DNA of 64,000 nucleotides from Octopus sinensis (GCF_006345805.1 NC_043006.1:55986001-56050000); one strand, 5' to 3'; positions 13,976 through 27,005 are shown, numbered from the stretch's first letter. Translations and numbers: made by a program. Notes: generated by a model not told the origin, from the sequence alone.

Positions 13976-14386
13976 CCAGTGTGTGTGTGTGGAGAGAGAG
14001 AGAGAGAGAGAGTGTGTGTGTGTGTGTGTGTGAGAGTGAGTGAGAGAGAGGGAGCTAATTGATTTAATATATTGTTAACAACACTCTATCATTTACGATG
14101 ATGAGTGTTCCAGTTGATCTGACCAATTTCAGAGAGTCTACACCCGACATTAACGTGCAAATGACTGTGCACTGCACAGACACTCGTACGTTTGTCGTAG
14201 TCCTGAAAGGGATTCAACGTGACACAATATGACAAGGCTAGTCCTTTGAAATACAGGAACAACTCATTTTTGAAAAACAGGTGCAACTCATTTTTTGCCT
14301 GCTGAAAACACAAAAGATAACAAAATGATTTTATTAATTCGATAATACAGCAATGTCAATATAGAGTGATGTGATTAGCTGAGTAT

Positions 14387-14493
14387 TTAAGCAAAAAAGT
14401 TCCAAAACAATATCAAAGAGAAAGAAATTGATGTGAGATAGGTCAGAATTCTTCCCTGGAAAGTCCAGATATTTTGTGATCCGCTTGTTGGTC
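14387..14493 (-). CDS. Cholinesterase-like gene A, last coding exon (GPI-anchor signal)
   Basis: Acceptor TCTGTTTTTCAG; phase 1 matches the donor at 18213. Encodes (G)PTSGSQNIWTFQGRILTYLTSISFSLILFWNFFA-stop, with small residues then a hydrophobic tail. AATAAA lies about 55 nt downstream. Confidence 0.75.
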
Positions 14494-14982
14494 CTGAAAA
14501 ACAGAATCGAATAAAATAATCGTTCGTTAACGAGTTGTATCTTATTGCAATGGTACGAGGTATATGTATGTTATGTTGTAAGTATAGTCTATGACAGACA
14601 TACATTTGTGTGTGTGTGTGTGTTTGTCTGTGTCTGTGTCAGTATGTCTGTGTGTGTTTGTGTATGTGTTTGTGTATGTGTGTGTGAAAAAGAGAGAGAG
14701 ATGTGGGGAGTGCACATTGTAAGTTTAGCCAAATTCAGTGTTACTTTCCACTAAATCCCACCAAGAATTATATTAGAAAGCATACAAAACACACAAAAAA
14801 ATCAGTATTGTCACGGATAGATTTCTCTTTGATCAAAGGTATGGTAGATGAATACTAGGCAACGATAAAATACCAATGAGGATGTAATTTTTCGTAATAT
14901 TAACATCAAATTTAAATGTTTACATCTACGCGTGGTTATGACATGTGTGAACCCCAACTGGCATAAAATGCTTTAGGTCAAG

Positions 14983-15060
<78 letters not shown>

Positions 15061-15063
<3 letters not shown>

Positions 15064-15760
15064 GGGTTGTAATTAATCTGTATATTTTGTATATTTTCAT
15101 TTGTCTTGCTCGCTTACGTTCTGGCGTTTGCTAAATTTTCTTGAGACCATTCCTTTCTTAGTGGTCAGACCATAGGGGATCGCCTTCAAGTATAATGGAT
15201 GTCTACTTAGTGGTCATCCCCCTTATATGTATGTAATATAATTTTCTGAATCTTCAGATTTTTCTATATCTTAGACCACTGGTTTTAAATTGATATTAAT
15301 CAAATCAATATTCAATTTTTCACGCTTATTATTTTAAATTTAAATTTAAATAACTATGCTCTCAAATCGCAAAATTTCACTGCAGAGAATTATTTTCTGC
15401 AGAAATATTTCCGGTATTTTGGCGCTCCAAAACGAAGACTTTTCAAATATAACCCGAAATCTAATTGGTAGAACTATATACATGTTCAATTTCATGCGGA
15501 CGTCTCGTGTGTAGTTTCTACAAATTATATTTTGCTATGACGATCACACTGACGAGTTGCGGGCGTCTACGTAAGTGGTAATAACGAAACTGGGTTTGTG
15601 AATAATCTGCATATTTTGTATCTTTGCATTTGTCTTGCTCGCTTACGTTCTGGTGTTTGCTAAATTTTCTTGAGAACATTCCTTTCTAAGTGGTAAGACC
15701 TACGGGGTCGACTTCTAGCATAATGGATGTCCACTTTGTGTTCATCCCTCTTATATGTAT

Positions 15761-15765
<5 letters not shown>
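15061..15765 (+). mobile_element. Penelope pLTR / retrozyme-like element with about 175 bp direct repeats
   Basis: 15061-15235 repeats at 15589-15763; there is a hammerhead at the start of the second repeat; flanked by (TA)n and (CA)n. Confidence 0.65.
15544..15601 (+). ncRNA. Minimal type I hammerhead ribozyme motif
   Basis: TCACA-CTGACGA-GTT..AAC-GAAAC-TGG-GTT-TGTGA: 5-bp stem I, intact core boxes, GUU cleavage triplet. Confidence 0.65.
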
Positions 15766-15838
<73 letters not shown>

Positions 15839-15896
15839 TAGAAAGATAGGTAGATATAGAAAGATAGATAGATACATACATACATACATACATACA

Positions 15897-15927
<31 letters not shown>

Positions 15928-15937
15928 GCTTAGATAC

Positions 15938-15970
<33 letters not shown>

Positions 15971-16185
15971 CAATAAGGTCTGCAAATTAAATGGAGGCTT
16001 CAAAAGACATTCTAAGATCCACAAAGATCAGAACAGCTGTTCTTGGTGGTCCAAATCAGATATGCTATCTATGTGGGAGTCTTTCGAAAACGTTGTCAGA
16101 TTTAAAAAACCACATTAGACGCCATGATAGTTTTGAGGTGTAGGTACAAGAAGTGGTCAGATTCTGCATAAGGAGTTGACAATCA

Positions 16186-16262
<77 letters not shown>

Positions 16263-16276
16263 TGTATGTATGTATA

Positions 16277-16373
<97 letters not shown>

Positions 16374-17299
16374 TAGCTTAAAAAGATCTCTCTTTTAAGA
16401 TAGATCCTTCATTAGGCCTTGGAACCAAAAATGACACTTCTTGCATTGAGTATATATTAAATTTTATTAAACTTCAACAATATTTTTCAAGCAGTGAGCA
16501 ATTTTCATCAAAACATTGATACAATTTCTCGACTTGGAACTTATACCACCACCACTACTACATCTGCCATACATGCACCATGCAGATTTCTGATGCCACC
16601 ACAGCCAATACCTTTGACTTCGCTGCCTTCCCTTTCATCCTCACCAGTCTTTCACATCGCTTACTCTCACTTCATCCCTCATTCCCTCGGCTATGAGGAA
16701 GATAGTTAAATGTAGTTATAATAGAATAATATAATAGTATCAGATACGGATATACAGAGAAGCAAGAATATATTTAAAGAATATTACCTTAAAAGGAATA
16801 GACAGGCCACATTTAATATAACATAAATCTCTAAAACTTTAACACTAGAGAAAAAATCCAGTTATAGCTAAATTTCAGAGTATCTTGTTATCATTTCCCC
16901 TTGAATTCAACCTATCAAATATTATTAGTCTTTGAGAATTTTACAGAGTAGTTTATTTTATTTTTGTTATTCCCATAATACTTAGCGTACGACAGAGGGA
17001 ACAGCCATTGGCACAGGAACTAGGAGTAAATATGTAGATAAGTATTCTTCCTTTGTTAATTTTGTTTACTCGATTCATTTACTACAATTCAATAAATTTA
17101 TAACGTATATAGAGTTTTTTACTTTTTAAATATTATTCACTTACGTTCGACATAAAAATAGTAATTTATACTTGTATAGTTAGGGGTAAATCTTACAATA
17201 AATGATTAATTCTAGTAATGTTTATATAGACAGGCGGTGGAATCTGATGTGCTTATAAAATAGTCGATGAGGTTTTCTTTATGTTTAGCAGTTTCTATA

Positions 17300-17512
17300 T
17301 ACTCTTTACTCTTTACTCTTCTACTTGTTTCAGTCATTTGACTGCGGCCATGCTGGAGCACCGCCTTTAGTCGAGCAACTCGACCCCGGGACTTATTCTT
17401 TGTAAGCCCAGTACTTATTCTATCGGTCTCTTTTGCCGAACCGCTAAGTGACGGGGACATAAACAAACCAGCATCGGTTGTCAAGCAATGCTAGGGGGAC
17501 AAACACAGACAC

Positions 17513-17515
<3 letters not shown>
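17300..17515 (-). mobile_element. Octopus-type SINE 3' part
   Basis: Reverse complement of 46970-47165. Confidence 0.75.
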
Positions 17516-17584
<69 letters not shown>

Positions 17585-18212
17585 CGGTATTGTATTTTTA
17601 GGTGTTTAATTTTATTAATTTTTATCATTTTTTTAAGTTCAAAATTTTATAAAATTCGTAAGTTATATATATTTTTATCATATTTTTTTCATATTCTTAT
17701 TTTTTCTTGAATATATCTTAGAATATGTAGTTTTAAGTTTGATCCGTTAATAATAATAACAATAAGAAAATAGCCTAAGGACGCACTGGTGGATTTATGG
17801 ATTAGGTATAGCCTGGTTAAACAAATCACCAGCGCAGAAACACGTGTAGCATTGATTAAAATTATCATCTTTCCACACTGACTAATAACAGGCAAGGTCT
17901 ATAATTTTTTCAAATATTTTTTTAATAATTTTTAAAATTAATTTTATTGTACTTTATAGTAGGCTTTAAAATGCGTATATTATGATATTATTGTGTAATA
18001 TATTATTATATTGGATATAACTTTCTATGTGTATTCCAGAAAATAAGGTTGACCTGAAATAGGAGTTCTGGTTCTATTGGTAAAATTCCAAATTTGTAAT
18101 AATATATATAAATATATATATGCACAGAATGTGCATGTCTGTGTTGTGCGTACTAATGAATATGACAACAGTCAGCAGAGAAAATGAGAGAACGAAATAT
18201 ATATAAAGTTAC

Positions 18213-18397
18213 CTGGACAAAAAGGTCCCTTTAATTCTGGGAGAAGGTCTGTCCACAAACCGCATATGTTGTTCATGTAATTCTCCTTCGTCTCAGGTTT
18301 TGCTTTGTCGTCAATCACAATATATTTCTGGTTTTTGGGTGTGAACTTGGGCCATGGATCATTGGAGCAATCAGAACAATCTCCATTGTTAGGATTA
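18213..18397 (-). CDS. Cholinesterase-like gene A, internal coding exon
   Basis: Acceptor TTGTTTTGCAG and donor AG/GTAACT. Continues FSKSG into NPNNGDCSDCSNDPWPKFTPKNQKY...ICGLWTDLLPEL, at the conserved F-x-K-x-G/NPN intron position of cholinesterases. Confidence 0.9.
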
Positions 18398-18924
18398 CTG
18401 CAAAACAATAAAACAAGAGAAATCAAAACTTTAGTTAAGTGAGGCTTTGTGCTTATGGTAGGAAACATGATAGGAAATATTTTATGCAAGTGACTGGAAA
18501 TGAATTGATAGATTCGTTAGAACATCGGACGAAATGTTTGAGGTAACTATTTTCTGCCTCTTTTATCAGTATTCAAAATCCCATCAAGAACAACTTAGAT
18601 TTTGGTCTTCATGGATAAATAAAATATAACGGTTTCAAATTTTAGCACAAGGCCAGTAATGTCGAAGGAAGGGTTAAGTTGACTATAGCGACCCCTGTGA
18701 TCGATAGTAGTAAATAGTGAGATGAAATTAGTCGAAAATAACCTCCATTTAAAATGAATGCCTTGTTTCTGTTCTGTTCAAGGTGGTAAATGATAGATTT
18801 GGTTAAGTTTTGGATTAAAATACTTGGAGTGATATAATCACATTAAATTTCTAAGTCTGAACCTCTAAATGTGATTGGGAAGCAAGCTTCTTACCACACG
18901 GCCATGTCTGCACCTATATGTATG

Positions 18925-19019
<95 letters not shown>

Positions 19020-19239
19020 GTCTATCTGTCTGTCTGTCAGTTTGTCTGTCTGTCAGTCTGTCTAGTTATCTACCTTTCTTGAAAAATTTTATCAGTGGTC
19101 CGCATATTAAAATACCTTTTGAAGTTGAAAATTATAAACAATTATAAATAAATGGCGGTGCCCCAGCATGGCCACAGCTCATAGGCTGGAACTGGAATCA
19201 ATCAATCAATCAATGGCAAAAGAAAAAAAATTTCTGTGA

Positions 19240-19374
19240 ATATGCTGAAAAATAGACTCTAGATAATCTAACCACATACAATGTCTTTCTTGTTTTATTA
19301 TTTTCCAGTAATCCTAGCAATAGAGAAAAATATTGTATGCTGTTAAACGATCTGAAGTCTATTTTTCAGCAAAT
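19240..19374. other. Intronic fold-back (about 50 bp arms) enclosing an antisense copy of the exon-3 acceptor
   Basis: Arms TGCTGAAAAATAGACT... and ...AGTCTATTTTTCAGCA; 19288-19326 matches the reverse complement of 18380-18418 at 35 of 39 nt. Confidence 0.75.
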
Positions 19375-19484
19375 TTTTTCTTTTACCCTTATTTATAATT
19401 GTTTATAATTTTCAACTTAAAATGTATTTTAATATGCTGACCACTCATAATACTATTCAAGAAAAATTTAATCTTATATTAGAA

Positions 19485-19564
<80 letters not shown>

Positions 19565-20441
19565 CTGTGTGTGTGTGTATGTATGTGTGCGTGTGCTTGT
19601 ATATATATATTTACAAACACACACATACATATATATATATACCTATCCTTTGATAAGTCCCCTGTAAGGAGTACAATTGTTTTGTATGTAGGATGAACCT
19701 ACAGGTTAACTGTAAGGCTAGGAATGTATTGTATAGCTTACGATGTACTGAGGGATGGTGCAGAAACATGGAAGCTACCTAAAATGGAGAAACTGCAAGT
19801 AGCATATGAGAGCGTATAGGTAAACACAGGCGAGCGCTCAAAGAAGAGAAAAGCTCGCCAGTGTTCTACCAATATGCTCAGGCAAGACATGGTTGCTCGA
19901 TTAATAGCATGGAGGTTAATGTATTATCGACAGAAGCTATGCTCATGACAGTCAGCCCAAGCATCAATAGAAAACACGAATGGAACACCTGTGATATTTA
20001 TGAGAAATAGAAATAGATGTATAAAAAAAGAATTATATAAAGAAATATATAAATATATTTGTTTCCTGTAATAAATATAAGACATAAAGATAGATAAGAT
20101 AAATAAATCTGTATAAAGGCATGAATACATGCAACATACGAAGTGAACCCATACACACACACAAACACACATACAAGAAATTTCATGGACGGTCAATAAC
20201 ACGATCAACAATGACAGCCGCAACAGCGGTGACAATGATGGCCATAACAACAACAACTACTACTACTACGATGGCAACATATACACAGAAGAATACAAGA
20301 ACAGTACCATTTTATTGGGTCTTAGGACAGCAGCAAGACAATAAGGTGAGAGAATGGGGCTGAGAGGAAGGCCACACTGCTACTAAAAACTATGATACAC
20401 ACGCAAGCATGTACACACACGCACATACACTCACATGCGTG

Positions 20442-20473
<32 letters not shown>

Positions 20474-20475
20474 CA

Positions 20476-20547
<72 letters not shown>

Positions 20548-20824
20548 AACAAGGACACAAACACATGCGCTCATAAGGATACACATCTTAGAAGAAAAGA
20601 ATCGAGTAAATGGAGTAAGAACTCACACGAAAACGAAAAGTGCAACTGAAGAGGTTACAGATCTGTGACGAAAGATTTCCGGACAGTGAACATGAGTAAA
20701 ATAATAATATAAGAACAGTAATAAACGAGTGAAAAAAAAATATATAGCGTTTATTTGGCAAAAAAAATTACCATCCTGAAATACAACAATACGTGCATAC
20801 ATACATACATACATACATGCATAC

Positions 20825-20885
<61 letters not shown>

Positions 20886-20928
20886 TAGATAGATATAGAT
20901 ATATATATAGATAGATAGATATAGATAT

Positions 20929-21000
<72 letters not shown>

Positions 21001-21940
21001 AACTTACTTGGTAAAGGATGCGTGGAGTTCGATCATTCATATAATAGTATAAATAATATATAGATATATGCCTATATACATACATATATGTACATACCTA
21101 CATCTATATGTATATATACATGCATTTATGGGTACAGGACATCAAAAAAAAGTTGAACACAATGAGAAAAGAAAATATAAAGACAAAAACGTGGAAACGA
21201 ACTTTTTTTCAATCAACGTATAAACAGTACGAGACATTCAACACAAGGAATATTCCCCTTCTTCAGTTGTCCCCGTTTCGTCTACTCCGCGTTCGGAAGG
21301 TAAGGACAAGACGCGACTTCATTTGAAACAGTCCTTCCCGCAAAGCAAATTAAATAAAATTTTGTATTTTTTGCGGAGGGGTAAAATAGTAACAAGAACA
21401 GGACAGTAAGAACAAAACAAGACAGTAAAAACAATACATGTAAAAACAGTAAAAGACAGGACAAAGACAATAACACAGTAAAAACAAACGAAGAGGGCTG
21501 TTAAGCCAAGATGATGGAAAAATTATTGTGAATGCATTAAGGAGACAACTTATGAGAGGGACAGGATAAGCCGTCTTGTCTCGGTGAAGATAGCAGTTGG
21601 AAAGGTGGCTTCCCTCTGGTCACGTGTCAGTGATGAGAGAATATACACACACACACACACACATACACACACACACACACACACACATGCATACATACAT
21701 ACATACATACACTAAAAAAATGTATGATAGATTGCAGTCAATTCATTCTCTCTTACCTGTTTGTGTCTGCCTTCCAAATGCTGTTTTTACTGAGATCTCC
21801 CTTTTTAGTAGAAGAAATAGCTATAACCCTTTGACTGCTATTTCTAAATTCGGTATGTGGTAAGGCAACTCGTTGCTAAACCCTTATTGCTTAGTATATA
21901 TATATACATATATATATAAATATATAAATATATATATATA

Positions 21941-21971
<31 letters not shown>

Positions 21972-22041
21972 ACAGAGAGGGAGAGAGCGAGAGCGAGAAA
22001 GAGAGAGAGAGCGAGAGCGAGAAAGAGAGAGAGAGCGAGAA

Positions 22042-22081
<40 letters not shown>

Positions 22082-24254
22082 GTTAGATGTTAACAAACAT
22101 TGTTTGTGATTGTTTACATATGATGTCTCAATACAAAACGTTGTAGCAAAGATCAGTGCCGTCTATAATTTCTATTGAATATCTGTAGAAATAATCTTAA
22201 CAGAATAATGTAAAAGGCACTGCCAACGCAGTAGAACGTGGTATTGACTAATAAAAACATTTAATATACTTTATAGTATATTATGGCTGCATAACGAAAT
22301 ACCACGTACCTACAAATTATTAAGATATATAAATATAAACACATACATACACACGTGTATGTGTGTATGTATGTATGTATGTATGTATTTATGTATGTAT
22401 GTATGTATGTATGTATGTATGTATGCATGTATGTATGTATGTATGGAAGTATGTGTAAGTGTAGGCCTGGATGAGTGATATTATATGATGCCCTAGCATG
22501 TCAGCAGTCTAATGACTGAAACAAATGAAAACCAAAAGAAGACCAGCATGTGTGTATGTGTGTGTGTATGTGTGTCTGTGTGTAGATTTTGTGGAGGTGT
22601 GTATATTTTATATATTAATGCTAATAAATAAAAGTTGAAGATGTCAAGAGCTAACCAGAAAAACCTGTCAGCCATTCCATGTATAAAAGAAAGTTTATTG
22701 CAACTGAAAAACAAGTTTGATATTTTCTGATCTGTCATGAAAGCAACCATCTCCCCAAAATACCTCCTTAGTACTTTTATATGTATTTGTGTTATTCTTC
22801 TTTTTTTCTCACCAAGTCTCCCAAAATCTCCGAAATATGACTTGTTTCAAAATTCACTACACACGCATTCACTACACTTACATACATACACACACATATG
22901 AATTCAAAACAAAAAGAACATCCCAGAACCACTTCCAAAATACCCTTCTCCCAAAACACAAAAAAATAAATTGAACTGTTCCCCTCTTATTTATTTTTCA
23001 TTTTACTTGTTTCAGACATTACACTGGTTGGGACACCACCATCAAGAATTTCAGTTGCACGAAACGACTCCAGTACTTATTCTTTTCCCTTTAAGCCTGG
23101 AATTTCTGTCCATCAATTTTGCCGAAACGCTAAGTTATGGGGACATAATAATTAGATTTCGAACTGAGTAGCAAACCTTGAAATGTTTTTTTGTAAATAA
23201 AGTTATGCGTTTGTACTCTCTTGCATTAAATACTTTTTCACTATCTTACCCATTGTTTAAAGAGTAAAGGTCAATACAAACAACTTTTTGTCTGATAGTC
23301 CTAATATTGGTTAAAACATTGTTGAGTAGAAATGATAATTTGAATGTCCTTCTGATTGTTTGGATTATATCTGTGTAGTATTTATATCCATCCTGTTCAG
23401 TGAGATGTAGAAGCAATAATATACTTAGATATTTCTAACACAACCACTTACTTCGTATGTCGCACCCTCAGCATCATCCCCTACCATCTTATTTTCGACT
23501 GAATTCCCATTCTACCTACACTCTTACCTTCTACACCCTTTCATTCTACCAATGACTGCCCCTCACTATTTTCAATCCCTATGTACCTCAAACATTATCC
23601 CTGGCGCTGTGCATTTCGAGCGCACTGCCACATTCCGCATCAACTGTGCTGTTACATATCATGTCACTGATTTAATCTTATTTCCTTCACCTTTCCTCCT
23701 ACCAGCTGGTATTTCCATTTATTATACCTCCTCTCATATTCCTCAATCACTGCATTCACCTCTATTCCCATCTCTATCCATCAGCTACTCATCTTTCACA
23801 CTCTGTCACCCCTGTTCAACTGGAGTAAATACTATCTAGTCCACAAGACACTTGTTTCAATCCCTCTATCATACGTCTCATCACAAGGCATAAAGCCACC
23901 TCTCTCAATATTACACCCCTTGAGTAGAGGGTCTACTCGTGCGAGTTACTTAGTGACATCACTGGTACTGGTAATGGTGTCAGGTAAAAAGAACCAATTA
24001 CTGTGAAGTGGTTACGTTAGGAAGACTATCTAACCAGAAAAACCTCTGGCTCGTTGGCTCCTGTCAAACCGTCCATCCAATGCTAGCATGGAGAACGGAC
24101 GTTAAATGACAACGACGACGATGATGACGGAATGATGACAGCGACGCTGATGGAGGTGGCAGCAGCAACGTCGATGATTAGGATAACGATGATGACAATG
24201 AAAATGATGATGATGGTCAAGAAGACGACGACGACGATGATGATTCTGTGTATG

Positions 24255-24299
<45 letters not shown>

Positions 24300-24893
24300 T
24301 GACAGATTTCTTGTGAACTTTGATATTTGTGCACAAACTAACTAAATTGTACACTTACTTTTATTAAGTGCACACCAGGTGATAAATATTGACAAATAAT
24401 CATTTCCATTCATTCTCATCTATCACTGAACTGGAACCATGCTTTAGACAGTCTTGAAGGAAACTTTTGGTGTTTCAGCGATGGTACTTATTTTACTATA
24501 TATTTACTATATCGATCTTTATCGAAGGGACTGTTATTTTGTGACGGTGGTGGAGTTTATCTAGCTGTGTTTTTCATCAATGTAAGGACTAATCTTTCTG
24601 TGATATCGAAAGAAATTTGTCTAATGGTATCAAGTAATATTTATATCTATTTGGACATATTTAAACTAATTAAATTTCACCTTGCAGGATAATCTAATTG
24701 AAATTGCACTAATTATAGATCTTCAAACATGGTAGCGTCTAAGGAGCAGCTGAGGCACATAATGATTCATGACTTTAAAAAAGGGAACACTGCAGCTGGA
24801 GTGACTCGAAATATTCTCTGTTTATGGAGAAGAGTGCCTGAATGAAATTAATTGCCGAAGATAATGTGTAAAATTTAGAAGTGGCAAAACTTG

Positions 24894-24952
24894 AAAAACT
24901 CACCCTGATTTAGAAAACTCACCCTGATTTAGAAAAACTCACCCTGATTTAG
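24894..24952 (-). repeat. Three tandem 19-20 bp copies of the exon-2 splice donor
   Basis: Minus strand reads CTAAATCAGG/GTGAGTTTT(T) three times. Confidence 0.9.
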
Positions 24953-26423
24953 AAAAGTTTACAAAAAAGCTTGACACTCTTTCTGTCACTATTTTATCTT
25001 CTTCTGCAAACTCTTTTTTAGATAATGGGTGCGCAAACGCGAATATAACATCATATCCATGCACTACACCCAACCATTTCGGCCAGGGATTTAATCGCGA
25101 TCGAAACTCGAAAGAATACATGTAGACGTTGGAATGGCGGCTGAATTGCTCGGCAAATTTAAAAGCAGGGCATTTAAATGATGTATCTCCTGAGACCTGT
25201 TCTATTATGTATCTGTATTTTTCAGCTTTTGGAACGGAGAAGACACGAGAACCATAAAGATATGTGATGACATCCATTTGCAGAGAATTTAGATGTGTTG
25301 GCTGAGTAATACTTTTCATTAGTGTATGTGCAGTATCTGTTCCCATCGTCGCAATCCCATTTACAGGGATTTCTTTGGGAAATGCCGTCAGAACAAAAAT
25401 ACTTCCTTCATTTTCGACAAAACCAGTTAGCACGTTTTTTTTCACGGTTGTATCGTTCAGAATTTCATTTAGATTTCCTGATAAGAAGTAATTGTCGACA
25501 ACAGGAGTGAAAGTAACTTTTAAGTAGTCATCTAGCTTGAAAGATTGGGCTTCAGCTATTTTTTTAGCATCAGCTTCTAAAAAGCAATCTATCATCAATT
25601 TAGTGTTATCCACTGGACATTTAAGAGCAGAAGCCATTGCTTTTGCTCTATCGATGTTTCTATCTATTGATCTAATTGCCCAGTCGGAGGTGGTTGACCC
25701 ACTCATCATGATAGCATTCCTGAAAAGCTTCCGAGAAAGTGGGGAAATAGTATGAAAACCAACAGATGCTGAACCAGCACTATGTCCAAACAATGTCAGG
25801 CTACCAGGGTCTCCTCCGAAAGATGCAATATTATCATGAATCCACTTTATAGCGAGGTTTTGATCAAGCAATCCCATATTACCCGGAGCACGCTCGTCAT
25901 TTAAGGAAAGAAAACCAAAGGGCCCTAATCTGTAATTTAGCGATGCAACGATAATATTTTGACTGGTAGCTAACCATTTTCCATCATACATTTCCAGCGT
26001 ACTTGACCCAGTAACAAATGCCCCTCCATGTATCCAAATCATCGTGGTTAAATTTGAACGAGATTTCCGTGATTCTGTTGGTGCCCAAATGTTCAAATAA
26101 AGACAATCTTCACTTATATTAGTTTTTAGATTCCATAAACTGTCAGGATCAACAACTCCCTGTACTTGTTGTGCACACGCCGAAACATATTCCTTGGTGT
26201 CTTTTATACCACTCCACCTTTCAATTGGTTCAGGTCTTCTAAATCTTAGATTACCAACAGGAGGTTTAGCAAATGGTATTCCAAGAAATACATCAAGATC
26301 AACATTCTGAACTGAAATGGTTGATCCTTTGATCTTCCCAGTGGTAGTATCAATGATCGGATCTTGCGCATAGATATAAGTTTTTAACAAAGAAATTATG
26401 AAAATATATTTCAATCCTTCCAT
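24943..26423 (-). CDS. Cholinesterase/carboxylesterase type B family protein, gene A main exon
   Basis: Signal peptide, then FLGIPFAKPP, SEDCLYLNIW, WIHGGAF, NYRLGPFGF, GNMGLLDQ, FGHSAG (Ser), ENEG (Glu) and WLGVVHGYD (His). Splice acceptor at 26454-26456 just upstream of the ATG. Confidence 0.95.
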
Positions 26424-26942
26424 GATATGAATGGCTCAACTGTTGATGAAATTCTGAAAGAAAGAAAAAGAAAAAGAAGTTTCGATATACATCTCAGCTA
26501 TTAAATCACTAGTGTTTTGCAAAGAGCTGAAGCACGTATTCGAGATTCAAACAGAAAGCTTAAACCAGCATGGGTACGTAATTTAAAAAATAAAATGTAT
26601 TCCTGCTAAGAAGTATCTTACAGATCGTTGTAGCTATGATACGTAATACCGAGAACAACTTCACACATCATCAGGAAGACGTGAGAAAAGAAAACTACAG
26701 AGGCGATTTTGTGATACAGGATTCGGAATCATAAACTCTAAACTGCGCAACTGAAACTGCAATGCACAGGTACAGCTGAAAAAGTAAAGTGTAAATCTAC
26801 AACATATAAGCGGCAAAATGCTCAATAAATTATTTGCTAGAGTTTCCAAGTCAGATTATCACTACTTTAAAGTAAAATGCTCATTCCCTGTAAAACTAAA
26901 ATACCCCAGAGTATACTGGAAACTTTATCTATTGCAACGATC

Positions 26943-27005
26943 GAGTTACGGTGCATCCCACGTTGCAGAAGAGATGCTTCTTCACCATGGGATGCACCGT
27001 AATTC
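26943..27005. other. 63-nt hairpin, identical in the mirror arm (62059-62121)
   Basis: TTACGGTGCATCCCA ... TGGGATGCACCGTAA perfect 15-bp arms. Confidence 0.7.

Noticed and set aside
16370-16420. Minus-strand CTAATGA followed by an AGGATCT..AGATCTT stem
   Set aside because: Both core boxes would need mutations; too degenerate to call.
20645-20685. CTGAAGA-GGTTACAGATCTGTGAC-GAAA hammerhead-like core
   Set aside because: Stem II is good but no stem I partner or convincing stem III could be formed.
24894-24952. CRISPR-like short direct repeats
   Set aside because: Head-to-tail with no spacers, in a eukaryotic context; it is a splice-donor triplication.
24943-26423. Naming the gene ache or bche
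   Set aside because: The gorge residues and GHSAG motif deviate; orthology cannot be established without a phylogeny.
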